Assembly: GCA_965207665.1 (NCBI GenBank)
Contig: CBDBMV010000002.1
Span: forward strand, 2,905,704 to 2,969,703
Origin: Vicinamibacterales bacterium
GTDB lineage: Bacteria > Acidobacteriota > Vicinamibacteria > Vicinamibacterales > UBA8438
DNA length: 64,000 nucleotides
Reading direction: 5' to 3'
Both the position numbers and the translations under genes were made by a program. Positions 61,951-64,000 of this stretch are shown here, one piece after another. Positions within the stretch are counted from its first letter, which is position 1. Every line of letters begins with the position of its first letter. The notes below the pieces were generated by a model, which saw nothing but the letters and a program-made list of their open reading frames with translations, searched no databases and was not told where the DNA came from.

Positions 61951-62158
61951 CCCGCGCCGCCCGCCCGCGCCGCCGGGCCTGCACCACGATCACGGCGACG
62001 ACCGCCAGTCCGCCGCCAAGCAGAGAGAACGCCGGCGTGTCCGCGCCTTGCTCACCCAGCCAGGCGTTGAACAAGGCCCCAGCGATCATGCCGATCAGCG
62101 CCGCGACCACAGCCTTCGCGACAACGCGCGCGAGCGGCCTGAATCGTCCTTCGGCCAT
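61943..62158 (-). CDS. Small hydrophobic protein, unknown function
   Basis: 71 aa with two hydrophobic segments. Its 3' end overlaps the downstream methyltransferase start by 8 nt. There is no other support. Confidence 0.3.
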   Translation of the reverse strand: MAEGRFRPLARVVAKAVVAALIGMIAGALFNAWLGEQGADTPAFSLLGGGLAVVAVIVVQARRRGRAARDG

Positions 62159-62468
62159 CCTGGACGTCTAGCAGTCCGTGGTGAAACCCCGCGTCGCACC
62201 GAGAGCTTGGCGAATCAATGCTGCGCGCGGCTCGTTCAAGGCGCGAGGAGCGAGCATATTCAACCATATGTGAGCGACGAGCAACACAGTCAGGCGTGAT
62301 GCATCGTCGCTCGAATGCAGCGGGGCTTTCGCCACGGGCTGCTAGGGCAGGGTGAGTCGTTGAATCTTCGTAAACTACTCACTATGAACTGTTTGTTGTT
62401 ATCCAGCCAGCCCCCGTTCCCCCGTCTGTTACCACAATCCGAGCGAGAAACCCAATGGCTATTTCGGC

Positions 62469-62524
62469 GAACGTGAACACGGATCCCGATGAACGTGAAC
62501 GCAGATTCCGACGAAGGTGAACGC
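62469..62524. repeat. Three 12-mers GAA(C/G)GTGAAC(A/G)C spaced exactly 22 bp apart
   Basis: gaacgtgaacac (62469-62480), gaacgtgaacgc (62491-62502), gaaggtgaacgc (62513-62524). They lie in a locally lower-GC non-coding stretch just beyond the 3' end of the istB remnant, which is consistent with the multiple terminal transposase-binding repeats of IS21-family ends. Confidence 0.6.
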
Positions 62525-62551
62525 TCGTCGGAGCGTAGCGACGTTCGTCGG

Positions 62552-62893
62552 TCAGTTCCCTCCCATAGGTGACTTAGCGTCTTGTCGATATCCTACTCGT
62601 GATCTCGTGTGGGTGAGCATCGAGCGGCCCTTCAGCTCGATGCGGTGCGCGTCGTGGAGCAGGCGGTCGCAGATCGCGTCGGCCTGGTTGGGGTCTCCGA
62701 TGACGGCATGCCAGTCCTCCGCGGGCAGTTGGCTGGCAATAAGCGTCGAGGCGCGTTCGGCACGGTCTTCGATGACTTCGGTCAGGTCGCGCCGCTCGGT
62801 GTCGCGCAGCGGGGCGAGCATCCAGTCGTCGATGGCGAGCAGGTCGAGCTTGGCCAGACGGGCGAGCAGCCGGGTGTAGGAGCCGTCGCCGCG
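62552..62893 (-). pseudogene. istB: IS21-family helper ATPase IstB, C-terminal fragment only
   Basis: GDGSYTRLLARLAKLDLLAIDDWMLAPLRDTERRDLTEVIEDRAERASTLIASQLPAEDWHAVIGDPNQADAICDRLLHDAHRIELKGRSM matches the Walker B to C-terminus part of IstB. The Walker A part and istA are absent, and the upstream sequence belongs to another gene remnant. Confidence 0.8.
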
Positions 62894-62895
62894 GC

Positions 62896-63567
62896 GAAGA
62901 AACCGGAAGCGGCCGGTTGGCCGATCGTGATGTCGCGGCCAATCGCCACGTCGGCCACCCCGCCGCTGACGGCGCCGTGCACGTAGGCGTTGCCCGCGCG
63001 GACCGCGGCGTGCAGCGATCCGATCGCACCGCGCGTGTCGAGCCGGACGGCCGCGGCTTCGTTGTCGTGGGTGCCCAGAGTCAGCGCGGCGCCCCACAGC
63101 ACGCGATCGCCGGCGCGGTGGTTGGCGCCCAGCGTCACGGTCAACACCCGCGCGCGGGCGGCGTCGATGACCGAGTCGAGGGCGAAGTGCTGCGTGCCGT
63201 TCTGCACGGTGACGTAGGCACGCAGGTCGCGGTCGGGAAATCCGAACTGCAGATCCGACAGCATCTCGCGGTATACGACGGTGCCGTGGTTTTCCGCCAG
63301 CCGCACCCCTCCCTCGCCCGCCAGCGAGACGCAGACGGGTGCTGCTAGTGTCGACAGCACGACCTCGGCGACAATCGCGTGTCCGACGCCGGTCGGATGG
63401 ATGCCGTCGGCGAACAGCCAGGACGTGTTGGCGCCCGGCCGTTAGGCGGCCGGCAGGCCGGCGCCGGCAGGACCGCAGGCCAGGGCAACAGGGGGCGCGC
63501 AGGCGGCGGCGGCGCACCCGAGCACGAGGATCGCGACGGCGGCTGACAGGCGGAAGCATCGGGACAT
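62896..63567 (-). pseudogene. Decayed GDSL/SGNH-lipase autotransporter gene: signal peptide, in-frame TAA, block V and start of the beta-domain, truncated by the IS remnant
   Basis: From the ATG at 63567: MSRCFRLSAAVAILVLGCAAAACAPPVALACGPAGAGLPAA-TAA-RPGANTSWLFADGIHPTGVGHAIVAEVVL.... The D..HPT..GH motif is SGNH block V. Autotransporter-like strands follow (...LWGAALTLGTHDNEAAAVRLDTRGAIGSLHAAVRAGNAYVHGAVSGG...) and end abruptly at about 62896. Most of the SGNH domain is missing. Confidence 0.5.
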
Positions 63568-63895
63568 CCGAAGTTAGTCTATTAGGAAAACTGTGGTGGA
63601 GGCGGCGGCAATCACGCTAGTCGTGTAAGTCACTCATACACCAGAGGTTAGCCGTCCTCACTGTCCGCAGTTGCCCCCAGAGTTGCCCCAGTCTTCCGCG
63701 TCGACACCCGCTCTTGAACGCCTCTCCTCGACGGCCCGGCCGGCCCGCCTGTCCGACGTGCGCCCTGCCGCACCGCTGTCGGGTGTGGCGCGGCGCATTC
63801 TCTCTTGACACCCGCCCATAGCTGTGGGTACGCTGCACAGGCCTGTGGCGCGCCTCAGCGCCTGTGCAGGGGGCCGGCACTAGGGGGGTCTACTC

Positions 63896-64000
63896 GTGCC
63901 TATAATCTTCGGAGCGAAACACCTTACCGGACTGCTGGTCGCAGCAGCTACGGTCGCCGTACTCCTTTTCATGCAAGTTGGTGCCGTTGGACAAGAAGCT
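63896..64000 (+). CDS. Possible 5' end of a gene encoding a secreted protein (continues beyond the window)
   Basis: The GTG at 63896 gives VPIIFGAKHLTGLLVAAATVAVLLFMQVGAVGQEA, which looks like a signal peptide and is open to the window end. Only 35 codons are visible. Confidence 0.25.
   Translation, partial: MPIIFGAKHLTGLLVAAATVAVLLFMQVGAVGQEA

Noticed and set aside
62360-62395. Similarity between cgtaaactactcactat (about 62368) and tgtaagtcactcatac (about 63625) as the two ends of one IS element
   Set aside because: The match is weak (about 9 of 13 positions by eye). The orientation is direct rather than inverted, and the enclosed content does not form a coherent IS.
62469-62524. The 22-bp-periodic repeats as a CRISPR array
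   Set aside because: There are only three short (12-nt) imperfect repeats with 10-nt spacers, no cas genes, and they sit next to an istB remnant. Transposase-binding repeats are the simpler explanation.

Overview
High-GC bacterial chromosomal segment (GC judged by eye, not computed). I call about 50 protein genes and find no rRNA, tRNA or CRISPR array. The gene content suggests an Acidobacteriota-, Gemmatimonadota- or Planctomycetota-like organism; this is inference only. It rests on Planctomycete-type PSCyt/DUF1553+DUF1501 and DUF1592+DUF1552 pairs, 1,070-aa CarboxypepD_reg-type TonB-dependent receptors, and many Tat/Sec-exported enzymes. Because of the GC content, many long ORFs in the supplied track are antisense or N-terminally over-extended artefacts. 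I re-set starts where a signal peptide or a paralogue alignment supported it.

Main observations:
1. A thioredoxin-fold lipoprotein gene (37243-38466, minus) is split in the ORF track by an in-frame TGA. The TGA sits exactly at the first Cys of the W-C-x-x-C redox motif, and a SECIS-like hairpin lies 14 nt downstream. This is a candidate selenoprotein.
2. Six paralogues of a secreted ~320-aa domain that I cannot name (WGxPDLQGxW ... RC ... WEGDTLVVxT ... CHEGNY). Two are fused to enzymes (VOC-VOC and SMP30/gluconolactonase), and two loci adjoin the PSCyt-type gene pairs.
3. A ~95-nt, three-hairpin intergenic repeat in three copies, with fully compensatory stem substitutions. It supplies stop codons and a C-terminal tail to flanking genes.
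4. tcuAB-tctCB is separated from tctA by ~12 kb. That interval includes a tandemly duplicated receptor gene whose duplication junction retains a tctB 3' footprint.
5. Two haem-c/PHM-like copper monooxygenase paralogues, and two alpha/beta-hydrolase paralogues with Asp at the nucleophile position.
6. Mobile-element scars at both window edges. On the left is a P4-type integrase that is missing from the ORF track. On the right are an istB remnant and a decayed GDSL-autotransporter gene.

All family assignments are motif recognition by eye. No database search was run.
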